DNA of 64,000 bases from Isurus oxyrinchus (Eukaryota), in NCBI GenBank assembly GCA_026770705.1, contig JANJGN010000026.1, forward strand, positions 23,994,001-24,058,000, read 5' to 3'. The notes beneath the pieces are model-generated. The model was not told the DNA's origin, made no database searches, and was given only the letters and a program-made list of their open reading frames with translations. Every line of letters starts with the position of its first letter. Within the stretch, counting starts at the first letter, position 1. Of the stretch, positions 1-15,500 are shown in pieces. A program made the position numbers and the translations under genes.

Positions 1-305
1 CAGTCACAAGGGGGCGTAAGTTCAAGGTGAGGGGCAGGAGTTTTAGGGGGGAATGTAAGGAAAAACATTTTTACCCAGAGGGTGGTGATGGTCTGGAATG
101 CGCTGCCTGGGAGGGTGATGGAGGCGGGTTGCCTCACATCCTTTAAAAAGTACCTGGATGAGCACTTAGCACGTCATAACATTCAAGGCTATGGGCCAAG
201 TGCTGGTAAGCGGGATTAGGTAGGTAGTCAGGTGTTTCTCACATGTCGGTGCAGACTTGATGGGCCGAAGGGCCTCTTCTGCACTGTGATTCTGTGATTC
301 TATGA
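1..305 (+). mobile_element. CR1-type LINE 3' end
   Basis: Encodes the CR1 ORF2 C-terminus (FTQRVVMVWNALPGRVMEA...SFKKYLDEHL) followed by a short repeat tail (ctgtgattctgtgattctatga). Closely matches the copy at 37552-37840. Confidence 0.85.
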
Positions 306-805
306 AGTAGAGATTTGGACAGCTGCAGCAATAAACAAGATAGTGCCAATTGTACTTTTAACAGTGACGTTCGCCTGTACAACAATAGCTAAAGCAAAGT
401 GTAATCTAGCGTTTACAGTTACAAATAAGGGCATGAAATAAATTGAACAGGGAATGCATGGGAATTATTAAAACAGGGCCTTGATTGACATGAACCGAGG
501 CAGAGTCTAGTGCAATGCAGGGCCTGGATTATTATAGGTTGAGGCAGGGCCTGGTGCAGTGATTAATGATACAGGGTTTTGATTGATGTAAACTGAGACA
601 GGGTCTAGTGAAGTGATTAGTGTTGCAGGGCCTGATTTATTACCAACTGAGACAGGGACTAGTGCAGTAATTACTGATACAGAGTTTCGATTGATATAAA
701 CTGAGACAGGGTCTAGTGAAGTGATTACTTTTACAGGGCCGAGTTTAATGTCAATGGAGGCAGGGTCCAATGTAATAATTACTGATACAGGGTCTCGGTT
801 GATAT

Positions 806-2143
806 AAAAACAGAAAATGCTGGAAAAATGCCATTCCATTCTCTCAGTTTGTTCGCCTCCTTCACATCTGTTCTGATGATGCCACTATCCAAAACGATGC
901 TTCTGGCATGCCTTCCTACTTCCTTAACCAAGGTTTCCCATCCACTGTGGTTGACAGGGCCCTCAACCGTGTCTGACCCATCTCCCGTGCCTCTGCTTTC
1001 ACACATTCCTCTCTCTCCCAGAATCATGATAGGGTCCCCCCTTTCCTCACATTTCACACCAGCATCCGGACATTCAAAGGATCATCCTCCACCATTTCTG
1101 CTAACTCCAACATGATGCCACCACCAAATACACCTTCCCCTTACCACTCCAACCCCATCCCCCACCCCTGTCAGCATTCCGTAGGGACCGTTCCCTCCAG
1201 GACAGCCTGGTCCACTCCTCCATCACCCGCAACTCCTCATCCCCTTCCCAGTGGACCTTCCCAAGCAATCAGAAAAGTTTCAACACCTGTCCCTTTACCT
1301 CCTCCCTTCTCACCGTCCAAGGGTCTAAACACTCCTTTCGGGTGAAGCACCGTTTCATTGCACCTGCTTCAATTTGATCTACTGCATTCAATGCTACCAA
1401 AGCAGCCTTCTCCAGATTGGGGACACCAAACACAGACTGGCAGACTGCTTTGTGGAACACCTTCGTTCTGCCTGCAACTTTGACGTAGACCTTCCAATTT
1501 CATTGTCGCTTGCAATTTCAACACAACAACCTGCTCTAATACCCACATGACCCTCTTTGACCTGCTGCATTGTCGCAATGAAACCCAACGCAAACAGGAG
1601 GAACAGAACCTCATCTTCTGATTATGCACTTTACAGCCTTATTCATTTATTCATTGTTTTATCCTCTTTTTTATCCCCTTTTTATTCCTTTTTATACCGT
1701 TTTTCCCCAATCACCGCCCCCTCCCCCTACCACACCCCCAAAAGGGTCATCAGTTACTTGTCCCATGCTGTTCTTTCACAGTGTGCTGATTCTGGCTCTG
1801 CTGTTAACACATTCTTCTTTCTTATCTTTATGACTCTATTAGCACCTACTTTAGCCTTACCACTACCATTCACACTCCCTTTTTCTTTTTGCCTATGATA
1901 CGTTTGTCAGTGTCACCTTACCCCTACCTATTACTTGCCTTCTATCCAACCTGACCTCTCCACCCCGCTTAAACAGCAAATATCATCACATTTTGAGTTC
2001 TCTTCAGCTCTGAGAAAGGGTCATGCGGCCTCAGAAAGTTAGCTCTGCTTCTCTCACCACAGGTGCTGTCAGACATGCTGTGATGTCCCAGCATTTTATG
2101 CTTTTATTTCAGATTTCCAGCAGCCACAGTGTTTTGCTTTTAT
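806..2143 (+). mobile_element. Penelope-like retroelement 3' fragment (decayed GIY-YIG endonuclease region plus tail), copy 1
   Basis: Homologous to 56897-57857. Disrupted LIYCIQC...QIGDTKHRL...EHLRS frame. The start (AAAACAGAAAATGCTGG) is an inverted partial copy of the tail. Confidence 0.85.
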
Positions 2144-5100
2144 CCAGATTGATATAAACTGTGTCAGTGCCGAGTGCAGTGCTTACTGATGGGGGGTCTA
2201 GATTATCATAAACTGAGACAGGGTCAAGTGCAGTGTTTACTGTTACAGGGCCTCAATCAATATAAATTCAGACAATGTCCAGTGCAGTGATTACTGATAC
2301 GGGGTCTAGGTTGATATACACTGAGGCAGGCCATAGTGCAGTGATTACTCATACAGAGCTGAGATAAAAATAAACTGGGACAGGGGCTAGTGCAATGATT
2401 ACTGATACAGAGTGTAGATCACTATAAACAGAGAGAGTGTCAACTGCATTGATTCTGTTATAGGGTCTAGATCAATATAAAATGAGAGTTTCCAGTGCAG
2501 TGATTACTGATACAGGGTCTGGATTAATAAACCTTGAGACCGGGCCAAGATTACTGACATCAGGTTTAGATTGATATAAACTGATGTAGGGGTTAATGCA
2601 ACAATTACTCATAAAGGATCTCGATTGATATGTACTGAGACAGGGCCAAGTGCAATGATTACTGATACGTGGTCTAGATGGATATAAGCTGAGGCATGGC
2701 ATAGTACAGTGATAACTGATTGACGCTCTTGACTAATATAAACTGATACAGGGTCTAGTGCATTGATTACTGACACATTGTCTACATCAATATAAACTGA
2801 GGCAGTGTCCAGTCGAATGATACAGGGTCTTGATTAAGATGAACTGAGACAGCGTATAGTGCTGTGATTACTGTTACAGTGTCTGGACTAAAATAAACTG
2901 AGACATTCTCTAGTTCTGCCATTACTAATATAGAGTCTGGACTAATATAAACTGAGATAAGGTCTAGTGCAGTGATTACTGATATAGGATATGGATTCAT
3001 ATAAACTGAGGCATGGTAGAGTGCAGTGATTATTGATACAGGGCCAAAATTGTTATAAAGTGAGACAGTGTCCATTGCGCTGATTCTGATAAAGGGTCTA
3101 GATTAATAGAACATGAGACAAGATGAAATGCAGTGATTACTGCCATAGAGTTTAGATTGATATAAACTGATGCTGGGTCTAGTGCAGTGATTACTGACAC
3201 AGAGTCTAGATCAATATAAACAGAGACAGGGGCTAGTGCAGTGATTACTGATACAGGGTCTTGATTCATGTAAATTGAGGCATTCTCTAGCTCTGTCATG
3301 ATTGATACAGAGTGTGGATTAATATAAACTGAGACAGGGTCTAGCGAAGTGATTCCTGATACAGGATCTGGATTGATATAAACTGAGGCATGGCATAGTG
3401 CAGTGATTACTGATGCAGGGCCTAGATAATAAAAACAAGAACAGCAGCTAGTGCAGTGATTACTGTTATGGGGGTCTAGATCACTATAAAGTGAGGGTGT
3501 CTATTGCACTGTTTATTATACAGGCTGGATTTATATAAAATGAGACACGCTCAAGTGCATTGATTACTGATACAGGGTCTGGATCAACAGAAACTGAGAC
3601 AGAGTCCAGTGCAGCGATTCATGATACAGGGTCTAGATGATAAAAACTGAGGCAGGGCATAGTGCAGGAATTACTGATGCAGGGTCTGGATTAATGTAAA
3701 CTGAGACAGAGCCAAGTGCAGTGATTACTGATACTGAGACGAAGTAAATATAAAGTAGGACAGAAGCTAGTGCAGTGATTAATGATACAGGATCAGAATC
3801 AATATACACTGAAGCAGTGTCCACTGAAGTGATTACTGGCACATGGCCTGAATTAATATGAACTGAGGCAGGGCCTCGTGCAGCAGGGTCTAGTGCAGTG
3901 ATTATTGATTTAGGGTCTAGATTAATATAAGCTTGGGCATGGCATAATGCAGTGATTACTGATACAGGGTCTAGATCAATATAAACAGAGACAGGGCCTA
4001 GTGCAGTGATTACTGATACAGGGACTAGATTAATATAACCTAGGACAGGGGCTAGTGCAGTGATTAATGATACTGGATCAGGATCAATATCAACTGAGAC
4101 AGTGTCCATTGAAGTGATTAAAGTTACAGGGTGTACATCAATATAAACTGAGATAGGATTGAGTGCAGTGATTAATGATACAGGGTCTGGATTAATATAA
4201 CGTGAGACAGTGTCTGGTGCAGTGATTACTGATCCGAGGTCTTGCTAACTATGAAACTGAGATAGTGTCTACTGCAGTGATTACTGATACATCATCTAGA
4301 TTATATGAACTGAGTCATGGCCTAGTGCAGTGATTACTGATACAGGGTCTCGGCTAATAGAAACTGAGTGAGGGCCAAGTGCAGTGATTATAGATTCAGG
4401 GTGCAGATTATTATAACCATAACAGGGGTGAGTGCAGTGATTACTGAAACAGGGCTTGATTAATCTAAGCATAGACAGGCTCTTGCACAGAAATTGCTTA
4501 GACACAGCCTGAACTAACATAACCTGAGACAGGGCCTGGTGCAGTGTTCACTGACGCAGGGCCAAGATAAATATAACTGGGACAGGGGCTCGGGCAGTGA
4601 TTACTGCTGCAAGATCTAAATTAATATAAACTGAAACAGGGCCTAGATAAATATAAACTAGGACAAAGGCTAGTGCAGTGATTAATGATACAGGATCAAG
4701 ATCAATATAAACTGAGGCAGTGTCCTTTGCAATGATTATTGATACAAGATCTAAATCAATATAAACTGAGGCAGGGTCTCATGCAGTGATTACTGATACA
4801 GGATCTAGATAAATATAAAATGAGACAGGCTCTAGTGTAGAAATAACTGATGCAAAGTCTAGATCAATATAAACTGACGCAGGGTCTAATGCAGTGACGA
4901 TTGATACAGGGTGTAGATAAATATAAACTGAGATAGGGTCTAGCACAGTGATTACAGATACAGGGTCTAGATTAATATAAACGGAAGCATGACAGAGTTC
5001 AGTGATTAAAGAAACAGCCTCTTGGTTAATATTAAATGAGACAGGGCCGAGTGCAGCGTTTAATGATGCAGGATTCTAGATTGATATAAACTGAGGCAGA

Positions 5101-5842
5101 GCATCGTGCAGAGATTACTGATACAGGGTCGAGATTAATCTAAACTGAGACATGGTCTAATGCAGTGATTACTGATATGGGCCTAGTAGAATATAAACTG
5201 AGGCAGGGCCGAGTGCAGTGATTACTGATACATGGTCTCAATCAATATTAACTCAGACAATGTCCAGTGCAGTGATTACTGACATACAGCCTAAATTAAT
5301 ATAAACTGAGGCGGGGTCTAATGCAGTGATAGGTGATATAGGGTCAGGATTAATATAAACAGGGAGAGGGCCAAATCCAGTGATTACTGATATAGGGTCT
5401 AAATTGATATAAACTGAGGCAGGGCATATTGCAGTGATTGCTGATACAGGGTATCGATCAATATGAACTGAGATATGTCCTAGTGCAGCGATTACTGATA
5501 AAGGGTCTAGATTAATATAAATTGAGGCAGGGTCTAGTGCAGAGATTACTGATAAAGAGTCTAGATTAATATAGGCTGAGACAGGGCCTGGTGCAGTGAT
5601 TAATGATACAGGGTTTTGATTGCTGTAAACTGAGACAGGGTCTAGTGAAGTGATTAGTGATGCAGGGCCTGATTTATTACCAACTGAGACAGAGCCTAGT
5701 GCAGTAATTACTGATACAGGGTTTCAATTGATAAAAACTGAGACAGGGTCTCGTGAAGTGATTACTTTTACAGGGCCGAGTTTAAAGTCAACGGAGGCAG
5801 GGTCCAATGTAATAATTACTGATACAGGGTCTCAGTTGATAT

Positions 5843-7237
5843 AAAAACAGAAAATGCTGGAAAAATGCCATCCCATTCTCTCAGTTTGGTCGCCTTCTTC
5901 TGTTCCGATGATGTCACTATCCAAAATGATGCTTCTGGCATGCCATCCTCCTTCCTTAACCAAGGTTTCCCACCCACTGTGGTTGACAGGGCCCTCAACC
6001 GTGTCCGACCCATCTCCTGTGCCTCTGCTTTCACACATTCCTCTCTCTCCCAGAATCATGATAGGGTCCCCCCTTTCCTTACATTTCACCCCACCATCCC
6101 CGCATTCAAAGGATCATCCTCCACCATTTCCGCCAACTCCAACATGATGCCACCACCAAATACACGTTCCCCTTACCACTCCAATCCCATCCCCCACCCC
6201 TGTCAGCATTCCGTAGGGACTGTTCCCTCCAGGACACCCTGGTCCACTCCTCCATCAACCGCAACTCCTCATCCCCCATCCCGTGGGACCTTCCCAAGCA
6301 ATCAGAAAAGTTGCAACACCTGTCCCTTTACCTCCTCCCTCCTCACCGTCCAAGGGCCCAAATATTCCTTTCAGGTGAAGCACCGCTTCATTGCACCTGC
6401 TTCAATTTGGTCTACTGCATTCAATGCTTCCTAAGCAGCCTTCTCCAGATTGGGGACACCAAACACAGAGATAAAAACAAAAAAGAACTGCGGATGCTGG
6501 AAATCCAAAACAAAAACAGCATTACACCAAACACAGACTGGCAGACAGCTTTGTGGAACACCTTCGTTCTGCCTGCAACCTTGACCTAGACATTCCTGTC
6601 GCTTGCAATTTCAACACAACAACCTGCTCTAATACCCACATGACCCTCTTTGACCTGCTGCATTGTCACAGTGAAGCGCAAAGCAAACAGGAGGAACAGA
6701 ACCTCATCTTCCGATTATGCGCTTTACAGCCTTATTCATTTATTCATTGTTTTATCCTCTTTTTATCCCCTTTTTTTTTTCCTTTTTATACTGTTTTTTC
6801 CCCAACCATCACCCCCTCCCCCTACCACATCTCCAAAAGGGTCATCAGTTACTTGTCCCATGCTGTTCTTTCACAGTGTGCTGATTCTGGCTCTGCTGTT
6901 AACACATTCTTCTTTCTTATCTTATGACTCTATTAGCACCTACTTTAGCCTTACCACTACCATTCACACTCCCTTTTTCTTTTTGCCTATGATACGTTTG
7001 TCAGTGTCACCATGCCCATACCTATTGCTTGTCTTCTATCCAACCTGACCTCTCCACCCCGCTTAAACAGCAATATCATCACATTTTGAGTTCTCTTCAG
7101 CTCTGAGGAAGGATCACGCCCTCTCAGAAAGTTAGCTCTGCTTCACTCATCACAGGTGCTGTCAGACATGCTGTGATGTCCCAGCATTTCATGCTTTTCT
7201 TTTAAGATTTCCAGCAGCCACAGTGTTTTGCTTTTAT
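5843..7237 (+). mobile_element. Penelope-like fragment, copy 2 (with an extra 54 bp insertion)
   Basis: Paralogous to copy 1 in the same satellite context. ORF pieces CFNLVYCIQC...IGDTKHR and EHLRSACNLD...EEQNLIFRL. Confidence 0.85.
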
Positions 7238-10200
7238 CCGGATTGATATAAACTGAGACAGTGCCGAGTGCAGTGCTTACTGACGGAGGGTCTAGATTAT
7301 CATAAACTGAGACAGGGTCTAGTGCAGTGTTTACTGTTACAGGGCCTCGATCAATATAAATTCAGACAATGTCCAGTGCAGTGAGTACTGATACGGGGTC
7401 TAGGTTGATATACACTGAGGCAGGCCATAGTGCAGTGATTACTCATACAGGGCTGAGATAAAAATAAACTAGGACAGGGGCTAGTGCAATGATTACTGAT
7501 ACAGGGTGTAGATCAATATAAACAGAGAGAGTGTCCACTGCACTGATTGTGATATAGGGTCTAGATCAATATAAACTGAGAGTGTCCAGTGCAGTGATTA
7601 CTGATACAGGGTCTGGATTAATAAAACTTGAAACAGGGCCAGGGCAATGATTACTGATATCGGGTTTAGGTTGATATCAACTGATACAGGGGCTAGTGCA
7701 ACGATACTCATAAAGGATCTCGATTGATATGAACTGAGGCAGGGCCAAGTGCAATGATTACTGATACAGGGTCTAGCTGGATATAAGCTGAAGCATGGCA
7801 TAGTGCAGTGATAACTGATTGACGCTCTTGACTAATATAAACTGATACAGAGTCTAGTGCAGTGATTACTGACACAGGGTCTAGATCAATATCAACTGAG
7901 GCAGGGGCTAGTGCAGTGATTGCTGATACAGGGTCTATATAAATATATACTGGGATGGGGATCAGTGCAGTGATTACTCATACAGGGTCTTGACTCATAT
8001 AAATTGAGGCATTCTCTAGCTCTGTCATGATTGATACAGGATGTGCATTAATATAAACTGAGACAGGGTCTAGCGAAGTCATTCCTGATACAGGATCTGG
8101 ATTGATATAAGCTGAGGCATGGCATAGTGCAGTGATTACTGATGCAGGGCCTAGATAAATAAAAAGGAGGACAGCAGCTAGTGCAGTGATAATGATATGG
8201 GGGTCTAGATTACTGTAAAGTGAGGGTGTGCATTGCACTGATTATTATACAGGATTGGAGTTCTTTAAAATGAGACATGCTCTAATGCAATGATTACTGA
8301 TACAGGGTCTGGATCAACATAAACTGAGACAGCGTCCAGTGCAGTGATTCCTGAGACAGGGTCTAGATGATAAAAACAGAGACAGGGCATAGTGCAGAGA
8401 TTACTGATGCAGGGTCTGGATTAATGTAAACTGAGACAGAGCCTAGTGCAGTGATTACTGATACTGAGCCGAGGTAAATATAAAGTAGGACAGAAGCTAG
8501 TGCAGTGATTAATGATACAGGATCAGGATCAATATAAACTGATGCAGTGTCCATTGAAGTGATTACTGACACATGGCCTGAATTAATATGAACTGAGGCA
8601 TGGCCTAGTGCAGCGATTACTGATTTAGGGTCTAGATCAATATAAACAGCGACAGGGCCTAGTGTAGTGATTACTGATAGACGGCCTAGGTTGATATGAA
8701 GTATCTCTGTGTTTGATATGAAGTGAAGCAGGGCCTAGTGCAAGATTACTGATACAGGGACTAGATTAATATAAACTAGAACAGGGGCTAGTGCAGTGAT
8801 TAATGATACAGGATCAGGATCAATATCAACTGAGACAGTGTCCATTGAAGTGATTAAAGTTACAGGGTGTACATCAATATAAACTGAGATAGGATTGAGT
8901 GCAGTGATTAATGATACAGGGTCTGGATTAATATAACGTGAGACAGTGTCTGGTGCAGTGATTACTGATCCGAGGTCTTGCTAACTATGAAACTGAGATA
9001 GTGTCCGGTGCAGTGATTACTGATACATCATCTAGATTAATATGAACTGAGTCATGGCCTCGTGCAGCGATTACTGATTTCGGGTCTAGATTGATATAAA
9101 CTAAGACAGGGCAAATTGCAGTGATTACTGATACAGGGCCTCGGCTAATAGAAACTGAGTGAGGGCCAAGTGCAGTGATTATAGATTCAGGGTGCAGATT
9201 ATTATAACCAGAACAGGGACGAATGCAGTGATTACTGAAACAGGGGCTTGATTAATCTAAGCATAGACAGGCTCTTGTACAGTAATTGCATAGACACAGC
9301 CTGCACTAACGTAGCCTGAGACAGGGCCTGGTGCAGTGTTCACTGACACAGGGCCTAGATAAATATAACCGGGACGGGGGCTTGGGCAGTGATTACTGCT
9401 GCAGGGGCTAAATTAATATAAATTGAAACAGGGCCTAGATAAATATAAACTAAGACAGAGGCTAGTGCAATGATTAATGATACAGGATCAGGATCAATAT
9501 AAACTGAGGCAGTGTCCTTTGCAGTGATTGTTGATACAAGATCTAGATCAATATAAACTGAGGCAGGGTCTCATGCAGTGATTACTGATACAGGGTCGAG
9601 ATTAATAGAAACTGTGTCAGGGCTGAAATAAATATAAACTAGGGCAATGTCTAGTGCAGTGATTAATGATACAGGATCAGGATCAATATAAACTGAGGCA
9701 GCGTCCTTTGCAGTGTTTACTGATACAAGATCTAAATCAATATCAACTGAGATAGGGCCTAGTGCAGTGATTACTGATACGGAGTCTGGATTAATATTAA
9801 CTGAAACAGGGCCTAGTGCAGAGATTACTGATACAGGGTCTTGATTAATATAAACTGAGGCAGGGCATTGTGCAGTGATGACTGACACAGGCTCTGTGTT
9901 AGCATAAACTGAGACAGGGTCTCGTGCAGGGATTACTGATACAGGGTCTATTTGATATAAATTGAGTCAGGGCATATTGCAGTGATACAGGGCCTAGATC
10001 AAGATATATGGAGACAGTGTTTGTTGCACTGATTACTGATGCACGGTCCTGATTATTAAAAACGGAGACACTGTGAAGTGCAGTGAATGCAGATACAGGG
10101 CCTTGGTTGATATGAACTGAAGCAGGGCATAGTCAGTGATTACTGATACTATGTCTAGATAAATATAAACTGAGACAGGCTCCAGTGTAGTAATAACTGA

Positions 10201-11192
10201 TGCAAAGTCTAGATCAATATAAACTGACGCAGGGTCTAATGCAGTGATCATTGATACACGGTGTGGATAAATATAAACTGAGACAGCGTCTAGCACAGTG
10301 ATTACAGATACAGGGTCTAGATTAATATAAATGGAAACAGGACAGAGTTCAGTGATTAAAGAAACAGTCTTTTGGTTAATATTAAATGAGACAGGGCCGA
10401 GTGCAGTGTTTAATGATGCAGGATTCTAGATTGATATAAACTGAGGCAGAGCATTGTGCAGAGATTACTGATACAGAGTCGAGATTAATCTAAATTGAGA
10501 CATGGTCTAATGCAGTGATTACTGATATGGGCCTAGTAGAATATAAACTGAGACAGGACCGAGTGCAGTGTTTACTGATACATGGTCTCAATCAATATTA
10601 ACTCAGACAATGTCCAGTGCGGTAATTACTGACATAGAGCCTAAATTAATATAAACTGAGGCAGGGTCTAATGCAGTGATAAGTGATACAGGGTCAAGAT
10701 TAATATAAATAGGGAGAGGGCCAAGTGCAGTGATTACTGATATAGGGTCTAAATTGATATAAACTGAGGCAGGGCATATTGCAGTGATTGCTGATACAGG
10801 GTATCGATCAATATGAACTGAGATATGTCCTAGTGCAGCAATTACTGATAGAGGGTCTAGATTAATATAAACTGAGACAGGGTCTAGTGCAGAGATTACT
10901 GATAAAGGGTCTAGATTAATATAGGCTGAGACAGGGCCTGGTGCAGTAATTAATGATACAGGGTTTTGATTGATGTAAACTGAGACAGGGTCTAGTGAAG
11001 TGATTAGTGATGCAGGGCCTGATTTATTATCAACTGTGACAGAGCCTAGTGCAGTAATTAATGATACAGGGTTTAGATTGATATAAACTGAGACAAGGTC
11101 TAGTGAAGTGATTACTTTTACAGGGCCGAGTTTAATGTCAACGGAGGCAGGGTCCAATGTAGTAATTACTGATACAGGGTCTCGGTTGATAT

Positions 11193-12520
11193 AAAAACAG
11201 AAAATGCTGGAAAAATGCCATCCCATTCTCTCAGTTTGTTGACCTCCTTCACATCTGTTCCGATGATGCCACTATCCAAAATGATGCTTCTGGCATGCCT
11301 TCCCTCTTCCTTAACCAAGGTTACCCACCCACTGTGGTTGGCAGGGCCCTCAACCGTGTCCGACCCATCTCCTGTGCCTCTGCTTTCACACATTCCTCTC
11401 TCTCCCAGAATCATGATAGGGTCCCCACTTTCCTTACATTTCACCCCACCACCCCCACATTCAAAGGATCATCCTCCACCATTTCTGCTAGCTCCAACAT
11501 GATGCCACCACCAAATACACCTTCCCCTTACCACTCCAACCCCACCCTCCACCCCTGTCAGCATTCCGTAGGGACCGTTCACTCCAGGACACCCTGGTCC
11601 ACTCCTCCATCACCTGCAACTCCTCATCCCCTTCGCAGCGGACCTTCCCAAGCAATCAGAAAAGTTGCAACACCTGTCCCTTTACCTCCTCCCTCCTCAC
11701 CGTCCAAGGGTCCAAACACTCCTTTCAGGTGAAGCACCGCTTCATTGCACCTGCTTCAATTTGGTCTACTGCATTCAATGCTACCAATGCAGCTGTCTCC
11801 AGATTGGGGACAGCAAACACAGACTGGCAGACCGCTTTGTGGAACACCTTCGTTCTGCCTGCAACCTTGACCTAGAGCTTACTGTCACTTGCAATTTCAA
11901 CACACCAACCTGCTCTAATACCCACATGTCCCTCTTTGACCTGCTGCCTTGTCGAAGTGAAGAACAACGCAAACAGGAGGAACAGAACCTCATTTTCTGA
12001 CTATGCACTCTACAGCCTTATTCATTTATTCATTGTTTATATCCTCTTTTTATCCCCTTTTTATTCCTTTTTATACCGTTTTTCCACAACCGCCCCCCAC
12101 TCCTCCTACCACACCCCCAAAAGGGCCATCAGTTACTTGTCCCATGTTGTTCTTTCACAGTGTGCTGATTCTGGCTCTGCTGTTAACACATTCTTCTTTC
12201 TTATCTTAATGGCTGTATTAGCACCTACTTTAGCCTTACCACTACCATTAACAAACCCTTTTTCTTTTTGCCTATGATACGTTTGTCAGTGTCACCTTAC
12301 CCCAGCCTATTGCTTGTCTTCTATCCAACCTGACCTCTCCACCCTGCTTAAACAACAAATATCATCACATTTTGAGTTCTCTTCAGCTCCAAGGAAGGGT
12401 CATGCGGTCTCAGAAAGTTAGCTCTGCTTCTCTCATCAGAGGTGCTGCCAGACATGCTATGATGTCCCAGCATTTTATGCTTTTATTTCAGATTTCCAGC
12501 AGCCAGTGTTTTGCTTTTAT
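11193..12520 (+). mobile_element. Penelope-like fragment, copy 3
   Basis: ORF 11665-12000 reads NLVYCIQCYQCSCLQIGDSKHRLADRFVEHLRS (GIY-YIG-like). Same flanks as copies 1 and 2. Confidence 0.85.
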
Positions 12521-15500
12521 CCGGATTGATATAAGCTGTGTCAGTGCCGAGTGCAGTGCTTACTGATGGAGGGTCTAGATTATCATAAACTGAGACAGGG
12601 TCTAGTGCAGTGTTTACTGTTACAGGACCTCAATCAATATAAATTCAGACAATGTCCAATGCAGTGAGTACTGATACGGGGTCTAGGTTGATATACACTG
12701 AGGCAGGCCATAGTGCAGTGATTACTCATGCAGAGCTGAGATAAAAATAAACTAGGACAGGGTCTAGTGCAATGATTACTGATACAGGGTGTAGATCAAT
12801 ATAAACAGAGAGAGTATCCACTGCACTGATTATGTTATAGAGTCTAGATCAATATAAACTGAGAGTGTCCAGTGGAGTGATTACTGATACAGGGTCTGGA
12901 TTAATAAAACTTGAAACGGGGCCAAGTGCAATGATTACTGATATCGGGTTTAGGTTGATGTAAACTCATGCAGGGGCTAGTGCAACAATTACTCATAAAG
13001 GATCTCGATTGATACGAACTGAGGCAGGGCCAAGTGCAATGATTACTGATACAGGGTCTAGCTGGATATAAGATAAGGCATGGCATTGTGCAGTGATAAC
13101 AGATTGAGGCTCTTGACTAATATAAACTGATACAGGGTCTAGTGCAGTGATTACTGACACATTGTCTACATCAATATAAACTGAGGCAGTGTCCAGTCGA
13201 GTGATACAGGGTCTTGATTAAGATGAACTGAGACAGCGTATAGTGCTGTGATTACTGTTACAGTGTCTGGACTAAAATAAACTGAGACATTCTCTAGTTC
13301 TGTCATTACTAACATAGGTTCTGGACTAATATAAACTGAGATAAGGTCTAGTGCAGCGATTACTGATACAGGATATGGATTCATATAAACTGAGGCATGG
13401 TAGGGTGCGGTGATTACTGATACAGGGCAGAAATTATTATAAAGTGAGACAGTGTCCATTGCGCTGGTTATGATACAGGGTCTAGATAAATAGAACATGA
13501 GACAGGATGAAATGCAGTGATTACTGCCATAGGGTTTAGATTGATATAAACTGATGCTGGGTCTAGTGCAGTGATTACTGACACAGGGTCTTGATCAATA
13601 TCAACAGAGACAGGGGCTAGTGCAGTGATTACTGATACAGGGTCTATATAAATATATACTGGGATGGGGATCAGTGCAGTGATTACTGATACAGGGTCTG
13701 GACTCATATAAACTGAGGAATTCTCTAGCTCTGTCATGATTGATACAGGGTGTGGATTAATATAAACTGAGACAGGGTCTAGCGAAGTGATTCCTGATAC
13801 AGGATCTGGATTGATATAAGCTGAGGCATGGCATAGTGCAGTGATTACTGATGCAGGGCCTAGATAATAAAAACAAGAACAGCAGCTAGTGCAGTGATTA
13901 CTGATATGGGGGTCTAGATCACTATAAAGTGAGGGTGTCCATTGCACTGATTATTATACAGGTCTGGATTTATATAAAATGAGACAGGCTCTAATGCAAT
14001 GATTATTGATACAGGGTCTGGATCAATATAAACTGAGACAGGTTCCAGTGCAGCGATTCATGAAACAGTGTCTAGATGATAAAAACTGAGGCAGGGCATA
14101 GTGCAGAGATTATTGAGGCAGGGTCTGGATTAATGTAAACTGAGACAGAGCCAAGTGCAGTGATCACTGATACTGAGCCGAAGTAAATATAAAGTAGGAC
14201 AGAAGCTAGTGCAGTGATTAATGATACAGGATCAGAATCAATATAAACTGAAGCAGTATCCATTGAAGTGATTACTGACACATGGCCTGAATTAATATGA
14301 ACTGAGGCAGGGCCTAGTGCAGCGATTACTGATTTAGGGTCTAGATTAATATAAACTGGGGCAGGGCATAGTGCAGTGATTAGTGATACATGGTCTTGAT
14401 CAATATAAACAGCGACAGGGCCTGGTGCAGTGATTACTGATAGACGGCCTAGGTTGATATGAAGTATCTCTGTGTTTGATATGAAGTGAAGCAGGGACTA
14501 GTGGAAGATTACTGATACAGGGACTAGATTAATATAAACTAGGACAGGGGCTAGTGCAGTGATTAATGATACAGGATCAGGATCAATATCAACTGAGACA
14601 GTGTCCATTGAAGTGATTAAAGTTACAGGGTGTACATCAATATAAACTGAGATAGGATCGAGTGCAGTGATTAATGATACAGTGTCTGGATTAATATAAC
14701 GTAAGACAGTGTCTGGTGCAGTGATTACTGATCCAAGGTCTTGCTAACTATGAAACTGAGATAGTGTCTACTGCAGTGATTACTGATACATCATCTAGAT
14801 TAATATGAACTGAGTCATAGCCTAGTGCAGTGATTACTGATTTCGGGTCTAGATTGATATAAACTAAGACAGGGCAAATTGCAATGATTACTGATACAGG
14901 GTCTCGGCTAATAGAAACTGAGGGCCAAGTGCAGTGATTATAGATTCAGGGTGCAGATTATTATAACCAGAACAGGGGCGAGTGCAGTGATGACTGAAAC
15001 AGGGGCTTGATTAATCTAAGCTGAGACAGGCTCTTGTACAGTAATTGCCCATACACAGCCTGAACTAACATAACATGAGACAGGGCCTGGTGCAGTGTTC
15101 ACTGACACAGGGCCTAGATTAATATAACTGGGACAGGGGCTCAGGCAGTGATTTCTGCTGCAAGGTCTAAATTAATATAAACTGAAACAGGGCCTAGATA
15201 AATATAAACTAGGACAAATGCTAGTGCAGTGATTAATGATACAGGATCAATATAAACTGAGGCAGTGTCCTTTGCAGTGATTATTGATACAAGATCTAGA
15301 TCAATATAAACTGAGGCAGGGTCTCGTGCAGTGATTACTGATACATAGTCTAGATTAAGAGAAACTGAGTCAGGGCTGAAATAAATATTAATTAGGACAA
15401 AGTCTAGTGCAGTGATTAATGATACAGGATCAGGATCAATATAAACTGAGGCAGCGTCTTTTGCAGTGATTACTGATACAAGATCTAGATCATTATCAAC

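Noticed and set aside
4944-4975. CACAGTG heptamer within the satellite as a cryptic RSS
   Set aside because: No nonamer at 12 or 23 bp. It is a point variant of TGCAGTG.
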